From assembly GCA_045862955.1 (NCBI GenBank), contig BTVI01000002.1, forward strand, positions 64,001-128,000: a stretch of 64,000 nt of DNA, written 5' to 3'. This stretch comes from Fimbriimonadales bacterium (GTDB lineage Bacteria; Armatimonadota; Fimbriimonadia; Fimbriimonadales; JABRVX01). The translations under genes and the position numbers were made by a program. Shown here one piece after another: positions 10,208 through 20,891 of this stretch (the stretch's first letter is position 1; the number at the start of each line of letters is the position of its first letter). The notes below the pieces were generated by a model. The model was not told the DNA's origin. It worked only from the letters and a program-made list of their open reading frames with translations, and made no database searches.

Positions 10208-11341
10208 ATGTCAGGCCTCGACCCTGCCAAGGAGACCGTCCACTTGAACCTCGACCCCGTGCTGCTTCTCGGCCCCGGGCCGAGCGCGGTGCACCCGCGC
10301 GTAATGGATGCTCTTTCGTCGCCGATGCGAGGGATCTTCGACCCGGACCTCCTCGTCGCAATGGGCGAGATCAGCGAAGGGCTGCGTACGTTGTTCGGTA
10401 CGGCCAACCGGTACACCCTCTGCCTTCCCGCGTCCGGGATGAGTGCAATGGAAGCAGGGATTGCAAATCTGGTGGAACCAGGCGACCGTGTCGTAGTGTG
10501 TGTCAACGGCTTCTTCAGCGGCCGGATCGCGCACATCGCCGAGCGGTACGGAGCCCAGGTCACGCGCGTCCAGGCTCCTTGGGGCACGCCGTTCGAGGTC
10601 CAATGGATCGAGGACGCCTGCAAGCAAGATGCTCCCCCCAAGCTGCTAGCAATCGTATTGGCGGAGACCTCCACCGGAGGGCGCAACGACATCACCGGCC
10701 TCGGTGAGATTGCGCACCGACATGGCGCACTGCTCATGGTAGACGCAGTGACGGCCCTCGGCGGCATGCCCGTGGAGGTGGACCGCCACGGCGTGGACTA
10801 TTGTTACGCAGGCTCGCAGAAGTGCATCGGCTCTCCGCCGGGGCTCGCCCCCGTCACGCTGTCGGATAGGGCACTGAAGACGATCTCCGCGCGCAAGTCT
10901 GCCTGCCAAAGCTTTTACCTGGACATCACGCTGGCGGCTGCCTATTGGCTCGACGGCAAACCCTATCACCAGACGCCCTCCTCGCCGCTCATCTTCGCAC
11001 TGAACGAAGCGCTCGCCATCGTCCAGGAGGAGGGATTAGAGGCGCGGTACGCCCGGCACGCAAAGGTTGGCAGCGAACTGCGAGCAGCCCTTCGAGATAT
11101 CGCCCTGCAGGCTCTCCCCGATCCGGGCGTCGCGCTCCCAATGCTGACGGTTGTGCGGCTTCCGGAAGGCATCGAGCCGAAGTCGGTGATTACGAAGCTC
11201 CGCACCGAGTCCGGCATCGAGGTAGGCGCTGCGCTCGGCGAGATGGCGAGTCAGCACATTCGCATCGGCACCATGGGATACGCAGCCTCCTTCGAGAACG
11301 TACGAAAGGTTACGGAGGCGCTGAGCGCAGCGTTGGCATGA
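10208..11341 (+). CDS. Alanine-glyoxylate / serine-pyruvate aminotransferase (class V PLP)
   Basis: LLGPGPS, ETSTG, VDAVTALGG, GSQKC (PLP lysine), RIGTMG; start placed at ATG 7 nt after TAGAAT. Confidence 0.9.
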   Translation: MSGLDPAKETVHLNLDPVLLLGPGPSAVHPRVMDALSSPMRGIFDPDLLVAMGEISEGLRTLFGTANRYTLCLPASGMSAMEAGIANLVEPGDRVVVCVNGFFSGRIAHIAERYGAQVTRVQAPWGTPFEVQWIEDACKQDAPPKLLAIVLAETSTGGRNDITGLGEIAHRHGALLMVDAVTALGGMPVEVDRHGVDYCYAGSQKCIGSPPGLAPVTLSDRALKTISARKSACQSFYLDITLAAAYWLDGKPYHQTPSSPLIFALNEALAIVQEEGLEARYARHAKVGSELRAALRDIALQALPDPGVALPMLTVVRLPEGIEPKSVITKLRTESGIEVGAALGEMASQHIRIGTMGYAASFENVRKVTEALSAALA

Positions 11342-12423
11342 GACTGAGACCCTCGACGAAGATCCTCATAGGTGCCGTGCTGATCGCAGGCCTGTGGTTC
11401 GGCAACCAAGTGCGCGAAGCGCAGCTCGTCAAAACGATACCTACGCCCCCGATCCCGGCCGGCCGCTTCACGATGCTCGGGCTCAAGCCGTCCGATCGCT
11501 ACTCCATCCTCATTGCCAATCAGACCGCCTTCATTGCTATCGGTGCGGGGCAAGAGACGTTCAGCAAGAGCGAGGGGGGAGCAGCCGGTACCCGCGTGCC
11601 GACCGACGACCTTATCAAAGCCAAGAGCGGGGATGCCGAGGCGCTTGCGCATCTCATCGTCCGGCTGAACAAGCTGACGCCAGAAGACCCACCGCAGTCC
11701 CCTGTGACCTGGACGGAGGCGGATGTGCGCAAGGCTCTGGACGGTGACGCCGGGTTGAGGGACCGGCTCGAGGTGGATATTGCCTACCCGCTGTTGCCCG
11801 GGAGGCCGCTACCCGAACTCAGCATCTCGGCGATAGACAACGGCATCATCGTTCTCGTGGACGTACCGGTCACCTACGAGCTGCCAGGCGGCAGGCGGAG
11901 TGTGGTTGCCAAGGTTCCCTTCTACTATCGCTCTTCCGCTGCCAATCAGCTGGCTGAGCGGGTAGCAACCAAAGCTCTCGGTGCCGAGGCTTCGATCGCC
12001 TTATACCGCACCTTGGCAGAGGCTTCTAAGGAGAATGCTAGCGAATCGCTAAGGGCCCTCTTCTCGCCTTCGAAAGTGCGCAAGTTGGCCGAGTCGGCCC
12101 AGAACCTCTTGGACGCGACGTTCATCGTCCTCACCGAGAAGTTCATCACCTCGGCGCGCGCCATCGAGGTTCCGCCGGCTCCCATGCATACCCAGCCGAC
12201 CTACGACCTGCACCTTAGTCTGACGCCCGAAGGGCGAGCCCGCCTGTACCGGTTCAGCTCGGTGTACGGGGGTCGAAGGGTGCTGGTCGTATTCGACGGA
12301 GTCGCGCTCGAGGGTTCTCAGCTCACGAAGGGCCTGAACGTACCCAAGTTCAGCATAACGCGAATTCGCGACGCGCGCAGGCTCGCGAAACTGGTCGAGT
12401 ACCTGAACGGCTCCCGAGCATAG
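11338..12423 (+). CDS. Membrane-anchored hypothetical protein with C-terminal SecDF-P1-head-like segment
   Basis: ATG overlaps upstream TGA (ATGA); N-terminal TM KILIGAVLIAGLWFG; C-terminal LSLTPEGRARLYRFS...GRRVLVVFDG. Confidence 0.6.
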   Translation: MRLRPSTKILIGAVLIAGLWFGNQVREAQLVKTIPTPPIPAGRFTMLGLKPSDRYSILIANQTAFIAIGAGQETFSKSEGGAAGTRVPTDDLIKAKSGDAEALAHLIVRLNKLTPEDPPQSPVTWTEADVRKALDGDAGLRDRLEVDIAYPLLPGRPLPELSISAIDNGIIVLVDVPVTYELPGGRRSVVAKVPFYYRSSAANQLAERVATKALGAEASIALYRTLAEASKENASESLRALFSPSKVRKLAESAQNLLDATFIVLTEKFITSARAIEVPPAPMHTQPTYDLHLSLTPEGRARLYRFSSVYGGRRVLVVFDGVALEGSQLTKGLNVPKFSITRIRDARRLAKLVEYLNGSRA

Positions 12424-12480
12424 GCGCGCTAGCAGGCAAGGAACTTCGGCGCGCGCCCGCTAGGTAAACTCTGTTGACAT

Positions 12481-13212
12481 ATGACACGCTTCTGTTTTCC
12501 CGTTTTGATCGCGGTCTGCACACTGCTCGTCGGTTGTGGCGGCAAGTCGAAGGAAGCCCTCGACCAGGCCAAGAGCATCCCAAAGGTTCCCGTTGTCGAG
12601 GCGAAGTCGCTGGCAGACTTCGTTCCCAGCAAGCCGGGTACCGAGTGGGAGTACTACAACGGCCTCAACGAGCGCCCCACTGCGACGAAAAGGACCCTGC
12701 AGACGGTCAGCAAGACACCACAAGCGCCGAACACCGTTCGCTACGACTCCGAGATCCCCGGCACGGACAGGCGGATGTACGAGGTGTATAAGTACGATGC
12801 TTCTACGCTGTACCTGACGCGTATCGGAGACTCGTCCGGCGTCGACAAAGTGATCGAGCCCCCGAAGCCCATGCTCAAGTTCCCCCCGAAGCAGGACGAG
12901 GTTTGGGAGTGGAAGGGCACGGGGCCGACGATCGCCGGGATCGTCCCGCACAAGTCGAGATTCAGAGTGGATACCGGTCTGACTGCGACGACCCTGGCGG
13001 GGCAGTTCGAAGTCGTTGCGGTGACCGAAGATGCCGAGATCCTGGAAGGGCAATACAAGGGTATGAAGATTAGGACCGTGGTGCTGTACGCTCCGGGTTA
13101 CGGCCAGGTGAAAACCACTCACACTGCGCGCCGGAAGGACGGGCAACAGTTATCGGCGGTAATAGAGCTAAAGGGGTGCTCGCTGATCCCGCCCGCGGGG
13201 AAGAAAACCTGA
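12481..13212 (+). CDS. Lipoprotein, beta-rich hypothetical (paralog 1 of 3)
   Basis: Lipobox LLVGC; P.KPGTEWEY and YAPGYGQVK motifs shared with the next two genes. Confidence 0.7.
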   Translation: MTRFCFPVLIAVCTLLVGCGGKSKEALDQAKSIPKVPVVEAKSLADFVPSKPGTEWEYYNGLNERPTATKRTLQTVSKTPQAPNTVRYDSEIPGTDRRMYEVYKYDASTLYLTRIGDSSGVDKVIEPPKPMLKFPPKQDEVWEWKGTGPTIAGIVPHKSRFRVDTGLTATTLAGQFEVVAVTEDAEILEGQYKGMKIRTVVLYAPGYGQVKTTHTARRKDGQQLSAVIELKGCSLIPPAGKKT

Positions 13213-13228
13213 ACCGGGAGGTCTCAGT

Positions 13229-13855
13229 TTGAACCAGCTACTGTCGTTGCTCGTGTCCACGGTGGCATTTCAGGCTAGTGCTCCCCCGTCGCCTGCCGAC
13301 CTATTTCCGTTGAAGACGGGCACGACTTGGCTCTATGAGAAGCGCTCGAACATCGGGTCGAGCGTAGTCGGATACGGTCTGGAAGTCACGGGCAGTACCG
13401 AGCTCGACGGCGAACCCGCTTGGGAAGTCGTCACGACCGACGCGGACAAGGGAGGTCGCTCGCTCTACCGCGCCGACGCAAAGGGCGTGTATCTGGTCGC
13501 GGTAGGCAATCCGCCGACCCTTCTGAGTCCACCGATGCCCCTGATCGTCGGACCGGTCAAGGCGGGCACGAAGTGGTCATGGAGTGGTGAGATGCCGCTA
13601 CCCCAGGGCTCGATAGCGTGCAAACTGGAGGCACGCGTGCAGGGTACCGAGCGCTTGCTGGTTCTCGGCAAGCAGGAGGATTGTGTGAGGGTAGAGACCA
13701 AGTCGCAGCTCGGTTCGGGGAAGTCAGCCATAACGGTAGTTCGAACCTCGTGGTACGCCTCCGGTATCGGCTTGGTCAAGGAGCGGACGGAGTATCGCGA
13801 TGGCAAGGACAAGCTGACAGAAACCGTTGTCCTGGCGAGGTACTCGAAGTCCTAG
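13229..13855 (+). CDS. Secreted beta-rich hypothetical protein (paralog 2 of 3)
   Basis: GGGAGG RBS; signal peptide; FPLKTGTTWLY, GTKWSWSG, WYASGIGLVK. Confidence 0.7.
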   Translation: MNQLLSLLVSTVAFQASAPPSPADLFPLKTGTTWLYEKRSNIGSSVVGYGLEVTGSTELDGEPAWEVVTTDADKGGRSLYRADAKGVYLVAVGNPPTLLSPPMPLIVGPVKAGTKWSWSGEMPLPQGSIACKLEARVQGTERLLVLGKQEDCVRVETKSQLGSGKSAITVVRTSWYASGIGLVKERTEYRDGKDKLTETVVLARYSKS

Positions 13856-13866
13856 TCCAGTCCTTA

Positions 13867-14516
13867 TGACACGTGCGAACCGCTCGGTTGCCCTCTGGGG
13901 TCTGCTCATTGTCGCGCTCACTGTCGGATGCCACGGCCCGACGAAATCGGGTGCAGAGCGTCCGCTCGACGGGGTGCTAGTCCGTGCCGACGACACCTAT
14001 TGGCTGCTGCCCGATCAACCGACCCCGTGCGTGCTGCATCTCGGAGCCGAGCCCATCCCGGTAACCTGCACCGTAACCCCATCGCCCGATACGGAGCCTG
14101 ACCGCTACGTGTTGCGGCTGAGTGCAGAAGGGCAGGAACTCGTGGAGCAGTACGCCGCCGACCGCGACGGTATAGCGTTCGTCGGGTCCGGTGTGGACCG
14201 CTTCGAGCCGCCGATCCCGCTGTTGCAATATGGACGACAGATCGGCGATGAATGGGAGTGGACCGGCATCAACATTACAGAAGGAGAACCTGCGATACCC
14301 GCAAATGCCAGCATCCGGACGTCCGAAGACATGCTGCGCCTCCCCGCAGGGTCGGTGCAGTCCATTAAAGTGTCTGTGATGGTGTACTTGGGAGGCAGCC
14401 GAAAGCCTGCTGAGGAGATGCTTTTCTGGTTCGCTCCTCGTCTGGGACTGGTTCGAGCGGAGCTTGCTGGCTACCGCAGAACGATGGGAGAGAGTCCGGC
14501 AAGCGACGGCGAGTGA
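13867..14516 (+). CDS. Lipoprotein, hypothetical (paralog 3 of 3)
   Basis: MTRANRSVALWGLLIVALTVGC lipobox; GDEWEWTG, WFAPRLGLVR. Confidence 0.65.
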
Positions 14517-14534
14517 GGCCGGTGTCCCGTCAAG

Positions 14535-14564
14535 TTGACAGCGCCGCGGGGCAATCCGTATAAT
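14535..14564 (+). promoter_or_regulatory. Sigma70-type promoter
   Basis: TTGACA-18 nt-TATAAT upstream of ATG 14587. Confidence 0.75.
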
Positions 14565-14586
14565 CCGGCCGGATCCCTTCCCACTC

Positions 14587-16089
14587 ATGATAACCGTCGC
14601 GCTCGAACAGGACGAACTGGTCGTTGAACCGGGCGGCACCGCAAAGATCCAGGTCACAGTCACCAATAACGGAGAAGCCGCCGGTCGCTTCGGGCTTGAG
14701 ATTGAGGGCCTAGATCCCGAATGGTGCGCGATACCCGTTCCCAGCGTCACGCTCGAACCCGGGCAGCAGGCGAGCGAGCGCATCCTAGTAAAACCACCCC
14801 GCAGTAGCGAGAGCCGAGCAGGTGTCTACCCGTTCGTCGTGTCGGTCTGCTCTCTCGAGAGTGGAGAAAAGGTGGTCAGGCAGGGAAGCGTCACCGTCCG
14901 ACCATTCAACCTGCTCACGATCGAGTTAGTGCCGAAGCGCGGTGTCGTCTCGCCGTTCGGAAGGACGTGCTACTTTCAGGTCGGTGTCGGCAACTTGGGA
15001 AACACGGAGCAGCATCTTCAGCTGTTCGCCTCGGATCCCGAGGACGGCTGCACCTACCAGTTCGACGAAGAGCGCATCACCTTGCCGCCTGGAGGAAGAC
15101 GAGAGGTCGACCTTGCCGTCCAGGCGACTAGCTTGCCATTCATCAGTACGGCGCGGCTGTACGGTTTCACCGTATCCGCACGCTCCATCGAGAACTCTCA
15201 CCTGTCGGCATCCACGCAAGGCCAAATCGAGCGACGTGGGGTGATCAGCCCTTCCGTGCTCGTCACGGTTCTGGTGCTTCTGGCAATCGCCTCAGCCGTC
15301 TGGCTACTTTGGCCGCGGCCTGCGATGGTTGCCCACTTCGCAGTGGACCGGAACGCAGTGATGAAAGGTGAGCCGGTGACGGTCACCTGGCGGACCCTCC
15401 ACAGCAACTCCGTTCGCCTCGAGTTCAATGGGCGGGTAATCGGCTCCAATCTCGAGACGCAGGGCAGCCTGAAGTTCACGCCAGAGGAGAGTGGAAGGTT
15501 GGTGCTCGTGGCGCAGGGCAACATGGGTGAGACACCGAGCCGGGAGGAGCTGATTACGATCCAGCTTCCAGAAGCTCTGCCTCCCCCGGAGATCCTGGAC
15601 CTGAATGTCAACCCAAAGACCATTCGCAAGGGCGAGCCGGTGACCATCACCTACAAGGTGAAGAATACCGACCGCATCTTCATCACGCCGCCGAACATCC
15701 AACTTCAGCCTTACTTAGGCTCGGCAGAGGTTCGGTTCGAACGTTCTGGGCAGTACGAGTTCGTGGCGGTAAACGCCGAGAATAAAACCACCCGCCGGAA
15801 GTTCTCCATCACCGTGGTCGAAGCGGATGTCGACATCAAGTTCACGGTCCAGCCCGCCGTCGTGAAGCACCCCGGAGACACCGTGCGGCTGAGCTGGGAA
15901 CTACGTGGCGCGGTCGAAGCGAGCATAGACAACGACATTGGCCCGATCGACGTTGCTAGCGGCTCACTCGAGGTGCCCGTTCTTAAGACCACGGTCTTCA
16001 CACTGACTGCGAAGGACAATGCCGGGAAGACGGCATCGCAGTCCGTGAAGGTCAGTGTCGAGCCGACTACTCCCGAGACACCCCAGTGA
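14587..16089 (+). CDS. Single-pass membrane protein with Ig-like repeats on both sides (COG1470-like)
   Basis: Repeated beta-strand patterns (VTVTNNG, VGNLGN), central TM VLVTVLVLLAIASAVWLLW, three C-terminal GEPVTVTW-like repeats. Confidence 0.65.
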   Translation: MITVALEQDELVVEPGGTAKIQVTVTNNGEAAGRFGLEIEGLDPEWCAIPVPSVTLEPGQQASERILVKPPRSSESRAGVYPFVVSVCSLESGEKVVRQGSVTVRPFNLLTIELVPKRGVVSPFGRTCYFQVGVGNLGNTEQHLQLFASDPEDGCTYQFDEERITLPPGGRREVDLAVQATSLPFISTARLYGFTVSARSIENSHLSASTQGQIERRGVISPSVLVTVLVLLAIASAVWLLWPRPAMVAHFAVDRNAVMKGEPVTVTWRTLHSNSVRLEFNGRVIGSNLETQGSLKFTPEESGRLVLVAQGNMGETPSREELITIQLPEALPPPEILDLNVNPKTIRKGEPVTITYKVKNTDRIFITPPNIQLQPYLGSAEVRFERSGQYEFVAVNAENKTTRRKFSITVVEADVDIKFTVQPAVVKHPGDTVRLSWELRGAVEASIDNDIGPIDVASGSLEVPVLKTTVFTLTAKDNAGKTASQSVKVSVEPTTPETPQ

Positions 16090-16693
16090 TGCCGTGTTAG
16101 CCCTCGTCACCGGTTTCGGCCCGTTCGGCTCCGTCACGAATAACCCTTCGGCAGAGCTAGCCAGGCGGCTCGCGGCACATCCGCCAGATGGCTGGGAGGT
16201 GGACTGCGAGCTGTTGGCCGTCGAGTACCGGGCGGTTCGCGAAGCCGTGCACTTGCTTACGCGACGAAGCTATGATGCGGCCTTTCTTCTAGGCGTGCAC
16301 AACCGCGACACACGGATGTACCTCGAGCTGTTCGGGCGCAGGGAAGTGAGTGCGACCCCGGACATGGCGGGTGAGACGGTCGGTCCTGATTGGTTTCCAC
16401 CCGGGCCGGAGCGTATCGGCAGCAAGCTGTTCGGACTGCCCTCGGTGCAAGGATTGGGGGACTCGCGCGTCACCTGGTCGTACTCAGCAGGCGGCTACCT
16501 GTGCAACGCATGGTACTACTTGGCCTTGGCCACACCGGGTGCTCCACCGTGCGGCTTCGTCCACGTGCCCCATTCCGAAGAGAGCAAGCCTCACGGCGCG
16601 CACATGCCACTCGAGGAGCAAGAGAGTCTGCTTCGAGCGATCGTGACCTCGGTCGGACCGCGACTCACCGTAGACGAAAGGAAGACGGCTTGA
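16055..16693 (+). CDS. pcp: Pyroglutamyl-peptidase I (C15)
   Basis: LVTGFGPFG...NPS, catalytic Glu (LE), AGGYLCN, GFVHVP. Confidence 0.85.
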   Translation: MSSRLLPRHPSDAVLALVTGFGPFGSVTNNPSAELARRLAAHPPDGWEVDCELLAVEYRAVREAVHLLTRRSYDAAFLLGVHNRDTRMYLELFGRREVSATPDMAGETVGPDWFPPGPERIGSKLFGLPSVQGLGDSRVTWSYSAGGYLCNAWYYLALATPGAPPCGFVHVPHSEESKPHGAHMPLEEQESLLRAIVTSVGPRLTVDERKTA

Positions 16694-18216
16694 AAAGAGC
16701 ACTGCTAAGCGTGTGGGACAAGACGGGAATCGAGGAGCTCGCCAGAGGTCTCGCCGACCTAGGGTTCGAGCTGATCTCTACCGGAGGCACTGCTGCCAAA
16801 CTGCGAGAGGCTGGTCTAGCCGTCACCGAGGTGTCCAAGGTCACCGGCTTTCCCGAGATCATGGGCGGGCGAGTCAAGACCCTTCATCCCGCGATTCATG
16901 CCGGCCTACTCGCCGACCCCTCGGTACCCGACCACCTCGATGCCTTGGAGCGGCTTGCGCTCGGCAGGATCGAGATTCTCGTGGTCAACCTGTATCCGTT
17001 CAAAGAGACCATCGCGAAGGGTGCCACACGAGCAGAAGCCATCGAGATGATCGACATCGGCGGGCCGGCCATGCTCCGCGCTGCTGCCAAGAACCACGCC
17101 GCGGTCGCGGCCGTTTGCGATCCTGCCGATTACCCCCGTGTGCTCGGGGAGCTGCGACGCGAAGGCCAGATCATGCCCGAAACTCGGGAGGAACTTGCAC
17201 TCAAGGTGTTCTCCCTCACCGCACGTTACGATGCCACGATCGCCGAGTATCTGTCCGAAGGACAGACCGATACTCTCGCTCTGGTGATGCCACGTTGCCG
17301 CCTCCTTCGCTATGGCGAGAACCCGGACCAGCGAGCGGCAGCCTATTTAGACCCGGATTACGTCGGCGCATCTGCGCTCAGTGCGCGCGTGCTCGGCGGC
17401 AAGGAACTGTCCTACAATAACATTCTCGACGCCGATGCGGCCATCGAGGCGTCGCTCGCGTTCTCCGAGCCCGCAGCAGTGGTGGTGAAGCACCTCACAC
17501 CCTGTGGAGCGGCTTTGGCCGACAGCCCTGCGAAAGCCGTTCGTAGAGCCGTGGATGCCGATCCCGTCTCCGCCTTCGGCGGTGTCGTGGCGGTCAATCG
17601 CCCCGTAGATGGAGACACGGCTGCCGAGCTGACCGCGAGGAACCAGTTCCTGGAGGTGATTGCAGCCCCGCGTTTCGAAGGCGCGGTGGCCGAGAGCATC
17701 TCCAGACGATCCGGGTGGGGAGAATCGGTCAGGCTGCTGGAGTTCGGTGACCGACCGCTGAGCCCGAGCTGGTCGCTGCGGAGCGTGGCCGGCGGGGTAC
17801 TTCGGCAGAGCACCCAACCGGTTGCTCCCTTCCGTCCTCGCGCGGTCACGCAGCGTCAGCCGACGAGTGCCGAGCTGGCCGAGCTGGAGTTCGCCTGGCG
17901 AGTAGTTCGCTACGTGAAGTCGAACGGCATCGTAGTGACATCCGATCGCTGCACGCGTGGGATCGGTAGCGGACAGACGAGTCGCGTGGCTTCGGTGCGG
18001 ATCGCGCTGGAGCAGGCGGGTGAGGCAGCTCGACGGGCCGTCCTTGCTAGCGACGGCTTCTTTCCGTTTCCGGATAGCATCGAGCTGGCTGCTGCAGCCG
18101 GGATCGTCGCGGTGGTGCAACCGGGCGGGTCGAAGCGGGACGACGACGTGATCCGTGCTGCAGACGCCCTCGGACTTGCGATGGTGTTCACAGACTGCCG
18201 GCAATTCCGGCATTGA
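16690..18216 (+). CDS. purH: Bifunctional AICAR transformylase / IMP cyclohydrolase
   Basis: TTG start; RALLSVWDKTG, GGRVKTLHP, IDIGGPAM, LRYGENP, KELSYNN, SDGFFPF, QPGGSKRD, RQFRH. Confidence 0.97.
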   Translation: MKRALLSVWDKTGIEELARGLADLGFELISTGGTAAKLREAGLAVTEVSKVTGFPEIMGGRVKTLHPAIHAGLLADPSVPDHLDALERLALGRIEILVVNLYPFKETIAKGATRAEAIEMIDIGGPAMLRAAAKNHAAVAAVCDPADYPRVLGELRREGQIMPETREELALKVFSLTARYDATIAEYLSEGQTDTLALVMPRCRLLRYGENPDQRAAAYLDPDYVGASALSARVLGGKELSYNNILDADAAIEASLAFSEPAAVVVKHLTPCGAALADSPAKAVRRAVDADPVSAFGGVVAVNRPVDGDTAAELTARNQFLEVIAAPRFEGAVAESISRRSGWGESVRLLEFGDRPLSPSWSLRSVAGGVLRQSTQPVAPFRPRAVTQRQPTSAELAELEFAWRVVRYVKSNGIVVTSDRCTRGIGSGQTSRVASVRIALEQAGEAARRAVLASDGFFPFPDSIELAAAAGIVAVVQPGGSKRDDDVIRAADALGLAMVFTDCRQFRH

Positions 18217-18258
18217 CGCCTTGATCTTCTCGCCGCGAAGGGCTACAATAAGAACAGA

Positions 18259-18585
18259 ATGGCCAGTTCCGGAAAGACCGTAGATCCGATCCTCATAGGC
18301 ATTATCGCGTTGGGCGTCGTCGGCGTCGGAGTCATCTATTTCCTCTCCACGAATCAGGAGATCACGCCGCTGCCGGAGCCGGACCGGCCGAACCTGACGA
18401 AGCCGCAGTCCGCGCTCATGTCGGGGAATGCCTCGATGTGGGGTTCCGGCGAACAGCAAGACATGATGGGTGCGGGAGGCGGGATGCCGATGGGCCCGAG
18501 CATGGGCCCGACCGTAGGCCCGCCCGGTCCCGGACCTGCCGGTCCAGGTGGCGCCCCTGCCGCCACCGGCGGCGTGTCCCTCTAG
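18259..18585 (+). CDS. Small membrane-anchored Gly/Pro/Met-rich hypothetical protein
   Basis: N-terminal TM; low-complexity tail; TACAAT upstream. Confidence 0.6.
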   Translation: MASSGKTVDPILIGIIALGVVGVGVIYFLSTNQEITPLPEPDRPNLTKPQSALMSGNASMWGSGEQQDMMGAGGGMPMGPSMGPTVGPPGPGPAGPGGAPAATGGVSL

Positions 18586-18736
18586 TCAGTCCGAGCGCGT
18601 AATCGCTTGCGTCTGCGCCGGAATACCGGGTAAAACGCCGATAGATTGAGTTATTCCGGCTGGGAAGCCCCCCATCCGCCATAGCCGGGCGTCACTTGGC
18701 TTCTTGGTCATCTGCAGCAGGAGTGGAGCAAAGGAC

Positions 18737-19000
18737 ATGGCCGTCCCACCAGTACTCAATGTGGGTTTCTATAATTTCGTTGTTGCAGACAAAATTATTG
18801 CAATGGTGAGCAGCGAGTCCGCCCCTATGCGACGTCTTATCCAGCAACTGCGCAAGTCGGGGAACCTGATTGATGCCACCCAGGGACGGCGCACCAAGAG
18901 CGTGATCTTCACATCGTGCGGCTCCGTGGTAGTCTCCGCAATCTCGCAAGAAACCCTCGCCAAGCGACTCTGCAGCGGCGACATCGGCGAAGAGGAATAG
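18737..19000 (+). CDS. remA: DUF370 / RemA-family regulator
   Basis: LNVGFYNFV..DKIIAMVSSESAPMRR...LIDATQGRRTKSVI...SAISQETL. Confidence 0.9.
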   Translation: MAVPPVLNVGFYNFVVADKIIAMVSSESAPMRRLIQQLRKSGNLIDATQGRRTKSVIFTSCGSVVVSAISQETLAKRLCSGDIGEEE

Positions 19001-19047
19001 AAAGGACCGGTTCTGGAACGCTGTGAGGACGGGAAGAGGGTAGCTCG

Positions 19048-20091
19048 ATGCGTCTGATGCGGTCCCTGCTGTCGCGCGTGTATTGCGACATGGGAGTGGA
19101 CTTAGGCACCGCGAACACATTGGTGTACGCACAGGGCAAAGGCATCCTCCTACACGAGCCCTCTGTCGTCGCGATCGACTCGGACAGCAAGCAGATCCTG
19201 GCGGTCGGTCTCGAGGCCAAGCGGATGGTGGGACGAACACCCTCGTCCATCGTTGCCATTCGTCCCCTTCGTGACGGCGTCATCGCAGACTACGACCAGA
19301 CGGAGCGCATGCTCCGTGACTTCATCCGGAAGTCAGCGCGGCGGCGCTTCGCATGGTATCGGGTCGTGGTCGGAATTCCCAGCGGCGTCACCGAGGTCGA
19401 ACGACGCGCGGTGTATGAAGCCACCCGCCGGGCCGGCGCCCACGAGGCCTTTCTCATCGAAGAGCCCATGGCCGCCGCCATCGGCGCGGGGCTCCCCGTC
19501 GAAGAGCCGACCGGCTCGATGATCGTGGACATCGGCGGCGGCACCACCGAAGTCGCCGTAATCTCGCTTGCCGGCATCGTCTATTCCGTTTCCATCCGAA
19601 CCGCAGGAGACGAGGTGGACGAAGCTATCGGCGCGTACGTCAAGAGAGCGTACAACCTCCTGATCGGCGACCGGACCACGGAGAACGTCAAGATCGAGAT
19701 CGGGTCCGCATATCCGCTCGAACAAGAGCTCAGGACGGAGGTGCGCGGGCGCGACCTCATCACGGGCCTTCCGCGCAGCGCGTGCATCACTTCCGAGGAG
19801 CTGCGAACGGCAATCGCGGAGCCACTCAATCAGATCGTGGATGCCGTCAAGCAGGCGCTGGAGGCAACGCCACCCGAGCTTGCCGCAGACATCATGAACC
19901 GCGGCATCTGTCTCGCAGGAGGTGGCGCACTGCTTCGTGGCCTCGACCGCCTCATCATGAAGGAGACCGAGATGCCGGTCTTCGTCGCCGACGAGCCGCT
20001 GAACTGCGTGGTCCTCGGCACCGGCCGCGTGCTGGAAGAGATCGAGCGTCACCCGCAGCTCAGCAAAGTGCTCAAGCACTCCGGCTCATGA
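19048..20091 (+). CDS. mreB: Rod shape-determining protein MreB
   Basis: [38 protein letters not shown]. Confidence 0.97.
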   Translation: MRLMRSLLSRVYCDMGVDLGTANTLVYAQGKGILLHEPSVVAIDSDSKQILAVGLEAKRMVGRTPSSIVAIRPLRDGVIADYDQTERMLRDFIRKSARRRFAWYRVVVGIPSGVTEVERRAVYEATRRAGAHEAFLIEEPMAAAIGAGLPVEEPTGSMIVDIGGGTTEVAVISLAGIVYSVSIRTAGDEVDEAIGAYVKRAYNLLIGDRTTENVKIEIGSAYPLEQELRTEVRGRDLITGLPRSACITSEELRTAIAEPLNQIVDAVKQALEATPPELAADIMNRGICLAGGGALLRGLDRLIMKETEMPVFVADEPLNCVVLGTGRVLEEIERHPQLSKVLKHSGS

Positions 20092-20891
20092 GGCCCGCGA
20101 GGCGAGACCGCGCCGGCGACTGGGTGCTCCTTGTCCTGCTCGTGTTGGTGAGCTTCATGCTGGCCCATGATCGTGGCACCGTCTCAGAACCCATCTTCCG
20201 AGCGATCCGCTCCGTCCTTCTCCCGGTTCACGCGGCGGTGAACTCGCTCTATCTCAGCGCATCCGATACACTGGTAGGGCTCACGCAGGGCCCGGCTCTT
20301 CGAGCCGAGGTCCGAGAGCTACGGGCCAAGGCGGAAGGGGCGGAGGCGTTGCGGCTAAGGCTTCGGGAACTCGAGCTGGAGAACGAGCGCCTTCGCTCGA
20401 TCGTGGAGACGCTGCCGACCCTTTCACCAGGCAGCGTGGCAGCGTCCGTGATCGGCTACTATCCAGTCGAGCTGACTGCAACCTTATCTGCAGGCTCGCG
20501 CCACGGGGTGAGAGTCGGTGACCCGGTGGTAGCGCCGCAGGGCTTGGTGGGGGTTGTCGAGCAGGTGGATGCGAGCACCTGTCGAGTGCTGCTCAACACT
20601 TCGGACCGATTTGCCGTCGGGGCGCGACTGGCGGGCACGGATTCGCGTGCCGCTGGCGTGGCGCGCGGCACCGGAGGCCCACATCTGCTCCTCGACCACC
20701 TCTCGGAGGCCGCGATCGTTAGGGTGGGGGAGCGCGTGGTCACATCGGGTGTCGGCCAACGGTACCCGAAGGGGATTCTGATCGGGACGGTCGTGCGCGT
20801 ATGGCGAGACCCGTCGTACGGTTTCGTGCGTGCGTGGGTCGCTCCATCTGCCCGGCCGGATACTGTCGAGGAGGCGATCGTTCTGCGGTGA
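20088..20891 (+). CDS. mreC: Rod shape-determining protein MreC
   Basis: ATGA overlap with mreB; TM, coiled coil [23 protein letters not shown]. Confidence 0.9.
   Translation: MRPARRDRAGDWVLLVLLVLVSFMLAHDRGTVSEPIFRAIRSVLLPVHAAVNSLYLSASDTLVGLTQGPALRAEVRELRAKAEGAEALRLRLRELELENERLRSIVETLPTLSPGSVAASVIGYYPVELTATLSAGSRHGVRVGDPVVAPQGLVGVVEQVDASTCRVLLNTSDRFAVGARLAGTDSRAAGVARGTGGPHLLLDHLSEAAIVRVGERVVTSGVGQRYPKGILIGTVVRVWRDPSYGFVRAWVAPSARPDTVEEAIVLR

Noticed and set aside
10945..11337. N-terminal extension of ORF 10945-12423 (likewise ORFs 16390, 19782, 31323 and minus 58510)
   Set aside because: Extensions overlap upstream genes or intergenic DNA; better starts lie at stop/start overlaps or after RBS/-10 signals
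17347..18459. Long antisense ORFs (also 47073-48194, 54667-55800, 51907-52737)
   Set aside because: Shadow frames of well-supported genes, expected in high-GC DNA
18628..18646. Sigma28-type promoter (GCCGATAG) upstream of remA
   Set aside because: No TAAA element at the required spacing
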